Shown: positions 23,516 to 34,654, counted from the first letter of the stretch. The stretch: 37,771 nt of DNA from Octopus bimaculoides (GCF_001194135.2 NC_068983.1:128304826-128342596), one strand, 5' to 3'. Notes: generated by a model from the sequence alone, not told the origin. Numbers and translations are program-made.

Positions 23516-23647
23516 AAAGATATGTAAATGTGTGTTTGTGTGTGTGTGTGTGTGTGTTTGTGTGTGTACACCCACATACTTACATATATTCATAGACAGA
23601 TATGTACATATGTGTATATGCATATAGATTTGCATACACATACAAAT

Positions 23648-24060
23648 AGGCGTAGGAGTGGCTGTGTGGTAAGTAGCTAGTTTACCAACCACATGGTCCC
23701 GGGTTCAGTCCCACTGCGCGGCATCTTGGGCAAGTGTTTTCTACTATAGCCTCGGGCCGACCAAAGCCTTGTGAGTGGATTTGGTAGACGGAAACTGAAA
23801 GAAGCCCGTCGTATATATGTATATATATATGTATGTGTGTGTGTATGTTTGTATGTGTGTGTTTGTCCCACCAACATCGCTTGACAACCGATGCTGGTGT
23901 GTTTATGTCCCCGTAACTTAGCGGTTCGGCAAAAGAGATCGATAGAATAAGTACTAGACTTCTAAAGAATAAGTCCTGGGGTCAATTTGCTCGATTCTAA
24001 AAGGCGGTGCTCCAGCATGGCCACAGTCAAAAGACTGAAACAAGTAAAAGAGTAAAAGAG
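23648..24060 (+). mobile_element. Full-length family A SINE
   Basis: A/B boxes, internal (AT/GT) microsatellite, 3' body and (GTAAAAGA)n tail; CpG-rich, so young. Confidence 0.92.
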
Positions 24061-24627
24061 TATACCAATGCACCCATATACATCTACAAAAACTTACACA
24101 GACATACTCACAAACACACAGACAGACATGCACATATGATTATTGCATACAAATTTAACACTCTAATCATAAATTTGATGCCTCTGCTGAGCTGCTCATA
24201 TGTATGAGATATAGTAAATTGTTTGCAGTTTATATAATGGTGCATTGATCTTCGAAGTGTGTGGGTTAATGGACTGATAAGTGTCTTTGAAAACTAATGA
24301 ATGATGTAGAGAAAGCAATAGAAAGTTATTGCTATGGCGTGTGCGAATATGAATGAGGTAGGATAATCCTTAATACTACAATCTTTTAAATGTTCACTGA
24401 ATTTAAAGAATAAAGGGATGGTAAACTTCTTGTAGAAGAGCTCTGAACAGGACTTAGCTAATATTGTTGAGAGAGAGATATAATTTGAAGACAAGGTATT
24501 TTTCTATAGGTCAAATATCAACAAAACTAAGGTTAAGTATTGTGAATTGGATATATATAGTCACATACATATGGGAATACATGTGGAAATGCATAAGCAC
24601 AAACAAAAACATCGATACATATTCTTC

Positions 24628-24825
24628 CCATGGCTGTGTAGCCACATGCATGACTGAGTGGTTAATCAGTTTGTTTCCGAACCAAGTTGTTTTGGTTTCA
24701 GTCCCACTGATACCTTGGGAAAATTATTTCTATTATAGATCCATGCGGACATTGTGAGTGGATTTGGTAGATGAAAACTTAAAAGAACCTCTGCGTACAT
24801 ATGCATGTGTATATGTATGTGTTTT
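24628..24825 (+). mobile_element. Degenerate family A SINE head
   Basis: ggtttcagtcccactgataccttggg..tgtgagtggatttggtagatgaaaact. Confidence 0.7.
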
Positions 24826-25069
24826 CAATAGTGAGAGTGGATTTTTATTTCTCTTGCCTACATGTGTGTCTTTTTTGTTGCTTGTTACAAATGCCTTCAA
24901 TAACAAGCAACAAAAAGTGGCATTTGTTTGCTATCCACTAAAAAAAGCATGCACAAAATATATGAATGAAAAAATAAGGTCATTTCAGTCTGTTTGTTTC
25001 CAATTCTCCTTATAAAAATATCTAGACTACCTCCTGTTCAATACACTAAGAGCACAAGCAGATGAGATC

Positions 25070-25190
25070 AATACTACACTCAGAAACTGGGGTTTGGCTT
25101 CAGAAAGCAGATCCAGCCAAAGAAAGCTCTGCTCCAACAGGCTTACATCAACCATTTAAACATGTAAACATAGATGTGAAAATGATTTTG
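25070..25190 (+). mobile_element. Degenerate RTE-type 3' tail
   Basis: tactacactc..ggtttggcttcagaaagcagatccagcc aligns with 14431-14480. Confidence 0.55.
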
Positions 25191-25441
25191 TATATAAGTG
25201 TGTGTATGTACATACACAAAGGTTTGTATGTACACAAAGGTTTGTACATACACTAGTATATACATTATATACACATATAATATGCATAGGTACATACATA
25301 AATGATATATAAGTATACATACATATACATATACACACACACATATGTACATATATACGCACACATACATACACTAAGTATAGATAAGCACACACGTGTA
25401 CAAATTTATGTATATGAGCATATATATATATATACATATCG

Positions 25442-25499
<58 letters not shown>

Positions 25500-25565
25500 N
25501 NNNNNNNNNGCGTGTGTGTGTGAGTGTGTGTGTATGTGTGTGTGCGTGTGTGCATATGTGTGTGC
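25442..25565. repeat. (GT)n microsatellite with a 10-N gap
   Basis: Direct reading. Confidence 0.95.
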
Positions 25566-25887
25566 ATGTATGATATAGACACCAGAGACAGTAATGAGTG
25601 GGAATATATTACATGATATAAAAATTCTATTTCATGCTTCAGAAATATCTCAAATGCCCTAAATATTGACATTCCTATTGAGAAACCTGATGCACTGATA
25701 GTCCAAACACTTTAAATGTCAAAAACATCCCTGTGCAATACAGTATACACTGCAGTGCTACAGGTTCCTCAGCCATCTTACTCTGTTAAAACCATCACCA
25801 TAATTCACACACACATACATATATATATATACAAATATGTATGTAAATATATGTATCTATGCATGTATATGTATGTATATGTGTATA

Positions 25888-25931
<44 letters not shown>

Positions 25932-26253
25932 ATATTTAAGTTTTCCTTTGCAAATTGCAACCTCATTATTAACAAAGTGACAAGGTCTTTTTGTTTAATT
26001 CGAATTAGATCTTGGTATTACTTCTTGTGCATTTATGTATGCATGTGTATGTCTGTCTGTATATATGTATGTGTATATTATCAGTCTGTGCTTTTAGTTG
26101 ACTTGTAAGAAAATAATTTAACAATAAAGTAAATGATTGTGTATTCCAGTAAGTATGATTGTATGCATGGGTTCACCTTAGGAGACTCAAATGGGATCCC
26201 TGGAATGTCTTTAAATGTTCACTGTACCTATGGTCAATTCTATTCAGGGTATG

Positions 26254-27144
26254 TACATGGTCCATTCAAAACATATCAAACCTTATTCTTTCCTGCCACA
26301 ACTGATGCCACATAGGCAAAATCCTTGGTGGGGTGGAGGGCACTACCATTCCTGTGCATGTGTGAAAATTTTCATGTTGGTAAGCCACACCAGTTCCTGG
26401 TGTTATGCCTGGTATACATATGTGCAATGCTCACTTGTAAGATTTCTGTTTTCATGCAAGATGAATGACTGCATTGAGCAGAGACCATAAACTCATATCT
26501 CATCACTGGTGATGATGGTCTTCCTGAATTCTGTGTCCTTGGTTGCACAGTCCAACATGCTCTGAGCAATTTCTATGTGAAGTTGTTTCTGCTGATCTGC
26601 CAGCACCTCATGAGGGGGTGGTGGTGGTGCATTTTGCCAACACTCTCAGCATGCACAAACCATCCACTAAAATGGAATGTACTTATCCTGTCCTTGTCCC
26701 CAATATGTGGACAGTTTCTTGGAGTGTTACATGACAATCTTCCATGACTATTTGTTGAAATTTCTTCATTAGCTCCTCATTTCAGCTTGTGGATAACCTG
26801 CCCAAGCATGCCTCACTCTCCACTGAGATGCAGGCATGTTGGAAGTGGTTGTATCACTCTTTGATCTGAGTTTTGCCCATGGCATCGTTGCTAAAGGCCT
26901 GCTGAATTTTCTGGAAGGTTTGAGCTTGAGAATCACCAAACCTTTAGAAAAACTTGCATGAAATATCTCTGCACAATGCATTCAGTGAAAACAAAACCCA
27001 ATGATTGCACACAATACGTGTGTACTCTAAACATAATATGCATGCATACGGGTAGCATAACCTCCCACCCAAAGGATTTTACACACATGGCATTAATTTT
27101 GGCAGGAAAAAATAAAGTAAGATACTTTTTGAATACATCTTGTA
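26254..27144 (-). mobile_element. Internally deleted mariner (Tc1/mariner) DNA transposon with both TIRs and TA TSDs
   Basis: About 55-bp imperfect TIRs at 26254-26309 and 27089-27144, each bounded by TA. Minus-strand remnant FGDSQAQTFQKIQQAFSNDAMGKTQIKE*YNHF..GRLSTS*NEE..VHSILVDGLCMLRVLAK..QKQLHIEIAQSMLD..TIITSDEI*VYG covers the HTH and first catalytic Asp motif. The rest of the catalytic domain is missing. Confidence 0.92.
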
Positions 27145-27257
27145 TATCTGCTTTACTCTTTCTTGGAATACTCCAATATTCTTAGGCTTTTGTGCAAATC
27201 ATTTATTACATAACCCATTCCATCTATGAAATGTATGTATGCTCATATGTATATGAA

Positions 27258-27261
<4 letters not shown>

Positions 27262-27337
<76 letters not shown>
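27262..27337. repeat. (AT)n microsatellite
   Basis: Direct reading. Confidence 0.95.
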
Positions 27338-27342
<5 letters not shown>

Positions 27343-27545
27343 GTGTCTATATATGTATGTGTGCCTGTGGGTATCATTTAGCTCTATTGTGTCAGCTAAG
27401 TAAATCAGTAAGTCACACAAATATTATAATCACAAAGAAAGGTTATAATTGAAGATATTTTGAAATTATCAAATTTTGTGTATATAAAAAATATATACGA
27501 AGAGTATCTCATGTAATGATGATGATGATGATGATGGTGATATTT

Positions 27546-27665
27546 TCACTGAAGGAATATCAATGCTAGTATTCTACGAATGCTGCAAATTTCTTTGAAA
27601 ACTTTCTGAAATACTCTGCCAAGTATGAAGTAGAAGAATTTGTTGTCAATGTTGAACAAGGAGAT
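27546..27665 (-). mobile_element. Probable RT domain-1 fragment of a non-LTR element
   Basis: ISLFNIDNKFFYFILGRVFQKVFKEI matches the ISLLNxDxKIxxKILAxRLxxVLxxI pattern. A GPCR-like alternative is discussed in findings. Confidence 0.4.
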
Positions 27666-29103
27666 GCTAAAACAGAAAAAAAAAACGATGTAGAAAAGAA
27701 GAAAAACGAAAGAGAAAAAAAGAAGTTTTGCTCAGAAAGAAATGTTTTGCTTTTCTATTTGTTTTTCTGATATATATTCGTTTACATATTTTATTATCAT
27801 CATTATTATAAATTTTATTGTTACTAATATTATTATTATCATTACTATTTTATGACTCTTCTATTTATCATTATTATTATTTTTTTGATTAGTGTTACTA
27901 TATTGTGGTTTAAATTTTTTTTAGGCTTCTTTCTTTTGCATGTTCTAATTTTTCTTGACATTACTCACCATTTCTTCAAATAATACAAAAAAAAATATAT
28001 AAACAAGAACAGAAAAGAAAACACAAAAATTCGATGAACAAAATTAAATAATTTCGAGATGAAAAAAATATTTTTCTTAAGAGAAAAACAAATGTAAAAT
28101 GAAAAAATAAAAATGTAAAAAAACCATAAAAAAATAAAATAAAACAGAGACAGAGATGAAGTGGAAGTGTGTATGAGGGATGCGCAGTAGCAAAAGAAGA
28201 AATGTGTGAGAAGGAAATTTAATAAAAGAAGGAAACTTTGAGGAAGAAAAAGAAAGGACATTACTGAATGATGAAATAATTTTAACAAAATAACAAAAAG
28301 AAAACAAAAAGAAGGAAAATACAACAGCCTGCTTTGTATAAAGAATTTCTCTACTAAATATAATTTGTTATATATTTTATTTCTAAATTTATTTTGTGAT
28401 ACATCTGTGTGTGTATATATAAATATTTGTGTGTGTGTATATATATAAATATATATATACATACATATTTGACTTACACATAACTATCTTTATTCAGTAT
28501 ATGTAATATTCAAACTGAGTATCAGTATATGTGTCTATACATATTTATACATATGTATATGCATANNNNNNNNNNNNNNNNNNNNNNNNNNNNNNNNNNN
28601 NNNNNNNNNNNNNNNNNNNNNNNNNNNNNNNNNNNNNNNNNNNNNNNNNNNNNNNNNNNNNNNNNATATATATGTGTGTGTGTATATATATATATATATA
28701 CAGAATCTGGGATTCTGCTTTTACATATACTGCCCACTAATGAGTTCAATTAAAATAATTATATTACTTTTAAATGAACTCATTAATGTGATGCGCATTT
28801 GAATATGTACACATTATTCACATGACACTCCAGTTTTGGTGTTGGTTCATGAACAAACCATAGATAAATTTAATTGAATCTACATGGAAATTGGCTCTCA
28901 GAATTTGAAGGAATTTTGAGTACGATATAGAAAATTCTCGGCCTGCGTATCACAATTTAACTGCTGCTAATTAAATGTTTGAAATGTATGTGTACTCGTG
29001 GTTTAAGTTTTATGTAACCTGCTTTTGCTACCAAATCTTTCAATATACATAGAGTCATGCATACACAAGCACACTTACATATATGTGTGACAGTGTGTGC
29101 ACA

Positions 29104-29155
<52 letters not shown>

Positions 29156-29264
29156 CATACACTCACACATCCACAGATACATAAATATATACACACACAC
29201 ATGCCCACATGTGTAAATATAGATTCACACATACGCACACACATATGTAGATGGATATACATAT

Positions 29265-29450
29265 GTATTTAAAAAGCGGAGTAGATGAAACAGGGACAAC
29301 TGATGAAGGATTATACTCTTTATGTTGCATGTCTCGTTTCTCTGTTTGTGTTTTTGTTGTTCGCAAAAAAGTTCGTTTTCTATGTTTTGTTTTTATGTTT
29401 TCATTTCTCATTTTGTTCAACACTTTTTTTTAATGTCCTGTACCCATATA
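29265..29450 (+). mobile_element. Family P repeat copy
   Basis: ggagtagatgaaacagggacaactgatgaagga, ending aatgtcctgtacccatatat. Confidence 0.55.
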
Positions 29451-30138
29451 TGCATGTATATATACATATATTTGTAGTTATGTACATATATGTATGGATA
29501 TGTGCATATATTTATATATTACTTATATTATTATACATATATATATATATATATACACACACGTGAATATATACCCATATATAACTGGTATGCATGTGTC
29601 TTCAATGAGAGTCTAAAATGAATAGTAAAAAGATTGAACTCAGTACTTAGAGCATGTGTCCTTTTATTTTGTATATTGGCCATACATTAGTTAATCATGT
29701 TCCATGTTTCAGAAGTTTCCTCAATGGAAAAGAAAAAAAATACATAAAAATTGAATAATGAAAGATTGAAAAAACAACAAATGCGCTAATATGAAATTAA
29801 TTGAGCAGTAATTAATTTTTAAGATTGAAAATGGTTGTAAGAGATATGTCGTTAAACTTCTGAAAATTTTCTGATATCTTCTGTTTTTCTCCTTTTTTTC
29901 ACTTTCCATTTAATGAAAATTCTCTGTGTTTATTTTGTGGGATTTTTGGTTTGACCTCTGCTCTTTTTTGTTCTTCATTCATTTATTTATTTATTTTATT
30001 GTTTCTCTTCTCTAATTCTGCAGCAAGAAATAAAATGAAATACTAACTACATGACATCGATGTTTCTTAGTTTTATCACCATTGCAGTGTCTGTGGTGTG
30101 CACCAACAGCGTTGCAATGAATAATTCGTTTTTTATTT

Positions 30139-30188
30139 TTGCGCAATGCTTATGCAATGCTTTTGCGCAACCATGGTAAATGCGCAAT
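30139..30188. promoter_or_regulatory. Homotypic cluster of C/EBP-type bZIP sites
   Basis: TTGCGCAA (30139-46), TTATGCAA (30150-57), TTGCGCAA (30163-70), ATGCGCAAT (30180-88), about 70 bp upstream of a candidate ATG. Confidence 0.45.
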
Positions 30189-30259
30189 CAACCATAAGAT
30201 TGACAATAAGTAAGGGACAAATAAACAACTGCTCGTGGCTGACTGGCTGAAGGAAAAGC

Positions 30260-30286
30260 ATGGCCATGCCCATGGCAGCAAATAAG
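30260..30286 (+). CDS. Candidate first coding exon (MAMPMAANK) of a compact gene
   Basis: aaagcATGG context; donor AAG|GTTTGT with an alternative GTAAGT 4 nt downstream. Confidence 0.35.
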
Positions 30287-30499
30287 GTTTGTAAGTAACT
30301 AGGGTGCATTGCTGCAGCAGTAGGTACAATTGCATATATATATGTTAAATCAGAGATTAATCAGAAAAAATAATTACAAAACAGTAACTCTGATCAACTC
30401 GTCAATAATGTTAAACTTGGCCCTAGATTAGGGTGCCTCACATGAATGCTCAAAGAAAATTTGATACTTTGCATAAATCATTGAGATAGATTTTGCAGC

Positions 30500-30650
30500 A
30501 TGCACTGCACAAGCGTGCATTCAAAGCTGGAAATTATAAAGAGGAAATGCTTAAAACAATGATGTCTGAGAATATTTAAAGAGAAATGTTCTGGCAGAAA
30601 ATAAGATGTACTCCTAGAACAAGAAGAAGACTTGCGGCGCATAGACAAAG
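30500..30650 (+). pseudogene. Coding-like but apparently frameshifted middle exon of the compact gene
   Basis: After ttttgcag: HALHKRAFKAGNYKEEMLKTMMSE, then EYLKRNVLAENK and DVLLEQEEDLRRIDK in two other frames. No canonical donor after DK. Confidence 0.3.
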
Positions 30651-30727
30651 CTATTAACATAATTATACTCATTTATAAATAATTTTCACTTTAAAACTTT
30701 TTATAATTTTAAATTTTGTTTCTTTAG

Positions 30728-30816
30728 GGAACAGGAAAGAAAAACATGGTCTAGAGAAGTCTGGACGCCCAATGTATCAAAAGCATACACTCTACCATCA
30801 CAGGGCTTTGAAGTCC
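30728..30816 (+). CDS. Candidate penultimate exon of the compact gene
   Basis: Strong acceptor ttttgtttctttag|G; EQERKTWSREVWTPNVSKAYTLPSQGFEV; donor C|GTAGGT (phase 1). Confidence 0.55.
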
Positions 30817-31078
30817 GTAGGTGAAAGTGTGATCTGGCAATGATCTAGGGAAAAGAATTTTGGTGGGCTATTTCAGTATAAAGGGGGAACCAAGATGTTT
30901 TAAAAGTTGTGAAAAGAAATTAGTAAAATATATAACAGAAGAAAATTACTAACTTGTCTATATAAAAGGGCATTACCTATGCTAACGTAAATATCTCTAG
31001 TTAATATTTATCAAGAACATTACTGTAGGGATCTTATGATAGTATACCTACAGAAATATTATAGAGAATTCTTTGCAG

Positions 31079-31113
31079 GCACTGATTGGCATCGGAAGCG
31101 GAAACAGCCGTAA
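31079..31113 (+). CDS. Candidate terminal exon of the compact gene
   Basis: ctttgcag| (R)TDWHRKRKQP-TAA, in phase with 30728-30816; ATTAAA at 31152-31157. Confidence 0.5.
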
Positions 31114-31254
31114 AAATTATTATGTTACATAAATGTTATTTCATGCTTTGTATTAAATAATAAGATTTAGATGTAGTCCAATTGTGTTGTTTGTTGATCT
31201 GGTTTTTTTTCCATTTTCTGATCATTTATATATATATACACACACACGCATATG

Positions 31255-31492
31255 TATGTGTGTGTGTCAGTGTTTGTACCCCATAACTGCTAGACAACTG
31301 GTGTTGGCATGGTTACGTCCTGTAACTTAGCAGTTCAGCAAAAAAAGACTGAAAAAAATAAGGACCATCCTTAGAGAAAATAAGTACAGGGTTGATTCAT
31401 TTGACTAAGAATTCTTCAAGGCAGTGCTCCAGCATGGCCCCAGTCTAATAACTGAAACAAGTAAAAGATAAAAGATATAAGATAAAAGATAT
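31255..31492 (+). mobile_element. Family A SINE 3' half
   Basis: gtaacttagcagttcagcaaaa..ggcagtgctccagcatggcc..actgaaacaagtaaaagataaaagat. Confidence 0.85.
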
Positions 31493-31739
31493 GATAATTA
31501 AAAGTTACACTACAATAATCACAAAAATGAATTTAATAATATTTTAATTTTATTAGTTTAAAGTGAAAACTTTATGAGAATGTAAACTGTGTACAAAAAG
31601 AAAATTCTCATAAATTACATTAGATTTATTTTGGAAACGTGAAGCGGTACTGCACTATGTGTCTTTCATTATTGAATTTACATTTTCATTATACAAAATG
31701 TGGAAAAAGAACTGTATAATGCTTTCTTTACTGAATGAA

Positions 31740-32290
31740 TATTGGGTTAGAATTTTTGTACATAGCCAGCAATATCAGAGAAGGGGAAGTCAATCACATT
31801 GACACCAGCATTCAACTGGTACATATTTTATTGCCCCTTTGATGGTATTTGAACTCAGAACACAAAGATGGACAAGGTGTCACTAAGCATCTTCTCCAGT
31901 CTGCTAATGATTCTGCCAAACCACTGCCTTATATTGTTTTCAAATTTTTGGCACAAATCCAGCAATCTTGGAGGAGAGGATAAGTTGACTACATTGACCT
32001 CAGGGTTCAACAGATGCTTGCTTTATCAATCCTGAAAGGATGAAAGGCAAAGTTAGCCACAGTGGGATTTGAACTAAGAGCATAAAGATGGACAAAATAC
32101 CACTAAGTATCTTGCCCAGTGTACTAATGATTCAGCCAGTTTGCTGCTTTGCATTAGCTTCACATTTTTGGAACAGGTTCTGCAATTTCAGGGAAGCAGA
32201 TAAGTCAATTACGTCAACACCAGTCATAAACTGGTACTTACCTAATTGACCCTGAATGGATGAAAGGCAAAGTCAATTACAGAATGAATG
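31740..32290 (-). mobile_element. Tandem cluster of about 3 degenerate family B SINEs
   Basis: Plus strand shows reverse-complement motifs ggatgaaaggcaaag, tttgaactcagaac, ctaatgattctgcca, each repeated. Confidence 0.8.
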
Positions 32291-32349
32291 TTCAATATAT
32301 ATTGATATTGTAGACCAGCTGAAGCATTAGAGTATGAGATATAACTTGT

Positions 32350-32500
32350 AGTATTTTTTCTAACATTTTATGTTCTGATTTCAAATACTGTTGAAGGGAA
32401 ATTTGCTTTCATTCTTCAGGACCAACAAAATAAAATACCAATTAAGTATCGGGGTCAATTTAATCTACTCATCCTTCCCTTAAATATGTGTCTATAACGG
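32350..32500 (+). mobile_element. Degenerate family B SINE
   Basis: tgttctgatttcaaat..tttgctttcattc..aaataccaatt..ggggtcaatttaatc. Confidence 0.55.
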
Positions 32501-32939
32501 GATCTATTACTGGATATACATTCCATTCCTCATAGAAAATTAAACAATCAATAACAAAAGTTTTCTAGTATTACTAAAAATCATTCATTGTTGAATATAC
32601 ATAACTTTGTTATACTTTTACTAACGCTGACAAAATCTTCACAAACTGTTACTCAGAGTTTCCTGTTACCATTCATTGGACAGTTGTGATCATAAAAGCA
32701 TTTTACTCTACCTTCAGTATTTGAGTTGTATTTTCTCCACCTTATTTTGCATCCATGTACTTACTCATGTGTAACTCTAATTATTGAAAGTTAGTTGAAA
32801 TCTATCTTGTACCATCTCAATTGGCAGGAGTTTATTATGGTTTATAAAGTATTAAAACAGCTAAGAGTACAGAACTTGCCCTGTGGGTGATTGTGTGATA
32901 GACACCAGTCTCTCACATAGTTAACCCACAATTGCTGAG

Positions 32940-33055
32940 AGAATTATTATAGGAGGAAATAAAGTGCCTTGCTCAATGACACAACATACCACTAGGTTCA
33001 GGAATTAAACCCACAATTCTTATGATAGTGAGTCATGCACCTTACCCACTATGCA
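32940..33055 (-). mobile_element. Degenerate head of a third tRNA-derived SINE
   Basis: Minus strand tagtgggtaaggtgcatgactcac..gggtttaattcc..gttgtgtcattgagcaaggcactttattt: A/B-box-like sequence plus a GTGTCCTTGAGCAAG-type block. Confidence 0.55.
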
Positions 33056-33084
33056 TTTCTACATAAAACAGTGCTATAGTAATC

Positions 33085-33410
33085 TTTTATCCTTTACCTT
33101 TCTTTTATCTTTTACTTGTTTCAGCCATTGAACTGCAGCCATGATGCGTGTGTGTGTGTGTGTGTATGTGTGTGTGTGCATGTGTGGGCATGCATGTGTG
33201 TTTGTGTGTCTTTGTCTCCCTCATCCTTGACAACAAGTGATGGTTCATTCACATTGTTGTAACTTAGTGTTTCAGCAAAAAAGACTGATAGAATAAGTAC
33301 TCGGTTAAAAGACAAAAGTACTGGGGTTGATTTGTTCACCTTTAAACTCTCCAGGCCATCATGACCTCAGTCTAATGACTGAAACAATAAAAAATGAAAT
33401 AAAAAATGAT
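33085..33410. mobile_element. Two family A SINE 3' fragments in opposite orientation
   Basis: Minus-strand tail at 33085-33150; plus-strand 3' half at 33190-33410. Confidence 0.7.
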
Positions 33411-34654
33411 GAAAGATAGTAATGGCTTAAAAGTATTTAATCATAGGTTTGCTTCTAACTGGAGGAGATTAGGTGGTCATAACATTTGCTAGAGATTACA
33501 ACCAAATCACCCTTAAATAACAGTTTACTGCTCTATATAAAAGCTCGACATTTGAATAGGGCTTGCTTAAAACATCAGAATATCCTTTCTCTACAACATA
33601 TTTAAAAAAATTATATTAACTAGTTATCTCAGACAGGACTGTTTTTCAGCTTTTTCCCTGGAAACAGGCTATTCCATAGGAGTATCATTAATTGAAGTGA
33701 ATGAATCTCCATGCTTGACTGAATTTAAGTAAAACGTAGCATAGTAATATAAGAGAGTGAGGGGAGAGAGAGAGAGACAGAGAGAGAGAAGAAATACATA
33801 TAAATAACTTCAGAACCAATAAAAAAGAAGGAAAACATTTATTGAATTTGATACTTGTCCAAAAAACTTCAGCGTTTATCTCCAAAATAAGTTAAACTTT
33901 ACAGAACTTCAAACTTAAGCTCCAAGTACAAAGACCAAACAACAGAAAAATCAATCAATAGGTTACATTCTAAAACTTAACCTCATTTGTTTTAATTATA
34001 TGTAGATTTAAAATGATATCTATTCATTTTAAGAACAAAGTGTATATAAATAAATACAAATGATTACATTTGAAATATATATAAAGCAATTATCAGAAGG
34101 GAAAATAACTATATACATCTATTGATAGAATATTTTAACTATATTACTGCAGTTCTGTATAATTCTCAGCACACAGACGGTGATTACATGTGAGACTGCC
34201 AAACTGGTGGCTGGAATAAAAAAAAAAAAAGGAACAGCTTGGAGCTCTCATATCTCAGTTTGAATATTGTTTTCTACCTCGATGAGGAATTTTAAGCCAT
34301 CCATGCTCCCTGATACCATTGCGATGACCTTTTGTTGTATACACATGTAATGGCAAACAACAAAATGAGAGGAAATCAACTGCCAACCATTACACAATAA
34401 AGCACAGTTGTAATTTCATAGATCACAATGCTGTAACATTACATATGAAAGTAATAGGAAGGATATGGGGTTTCTTCAAAAGTAAATATCATGCTATGCA
34501 TAGAATTTCAAACAATCACTTCTCTTTTCACATGATTATTTTTAGCAAACTTAAGGTATGAATAACCTTTTTATGAAATAAAACCTAGGATTTATTGACT
34601 ACTGTTTCAGCAGTTGTTTTCCTTTCATTCTGACATCTGTCATTATTTTTATTA

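Noticed and set aside
23648-23725. tRNA-like A/B boxes as a possible tRNA gene
   Set aside because: No full cloverleaf; it is the head of a multi-copy SINE.
24294-24508. 66-70 aa minus-strand ORF (..DYPTSFIFAHAIAITFYCFLYIIH) and nearby + strand splice-like sites
   Set aside because: No homology recognised; the + strand acceptor-donor interval has stops in all frames.
25022-25160. Exon-like frame YLLFNTLRAQADEINTTLRNWG.. and the track ORF at 25062-25256
   Set aside because: Most of it aligns with the decayed RTE 3' tail; no donor.
27965-28462. 165-aa Phe/Leu-rich minus-strand ORF
   Set aside because: Translation of A-rich low-complexity DNA.
31082-31104. CTGATTGG (NF-Y) plus CGGAAGCGGAA (tandem ETS) promoter-like motifs
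   Set aside because: They fall inside the candidate terminal exon (codons D-W-H-R-K-R-K). The coding explanation with matching splice phase is simpler, though dual use is not excluded.
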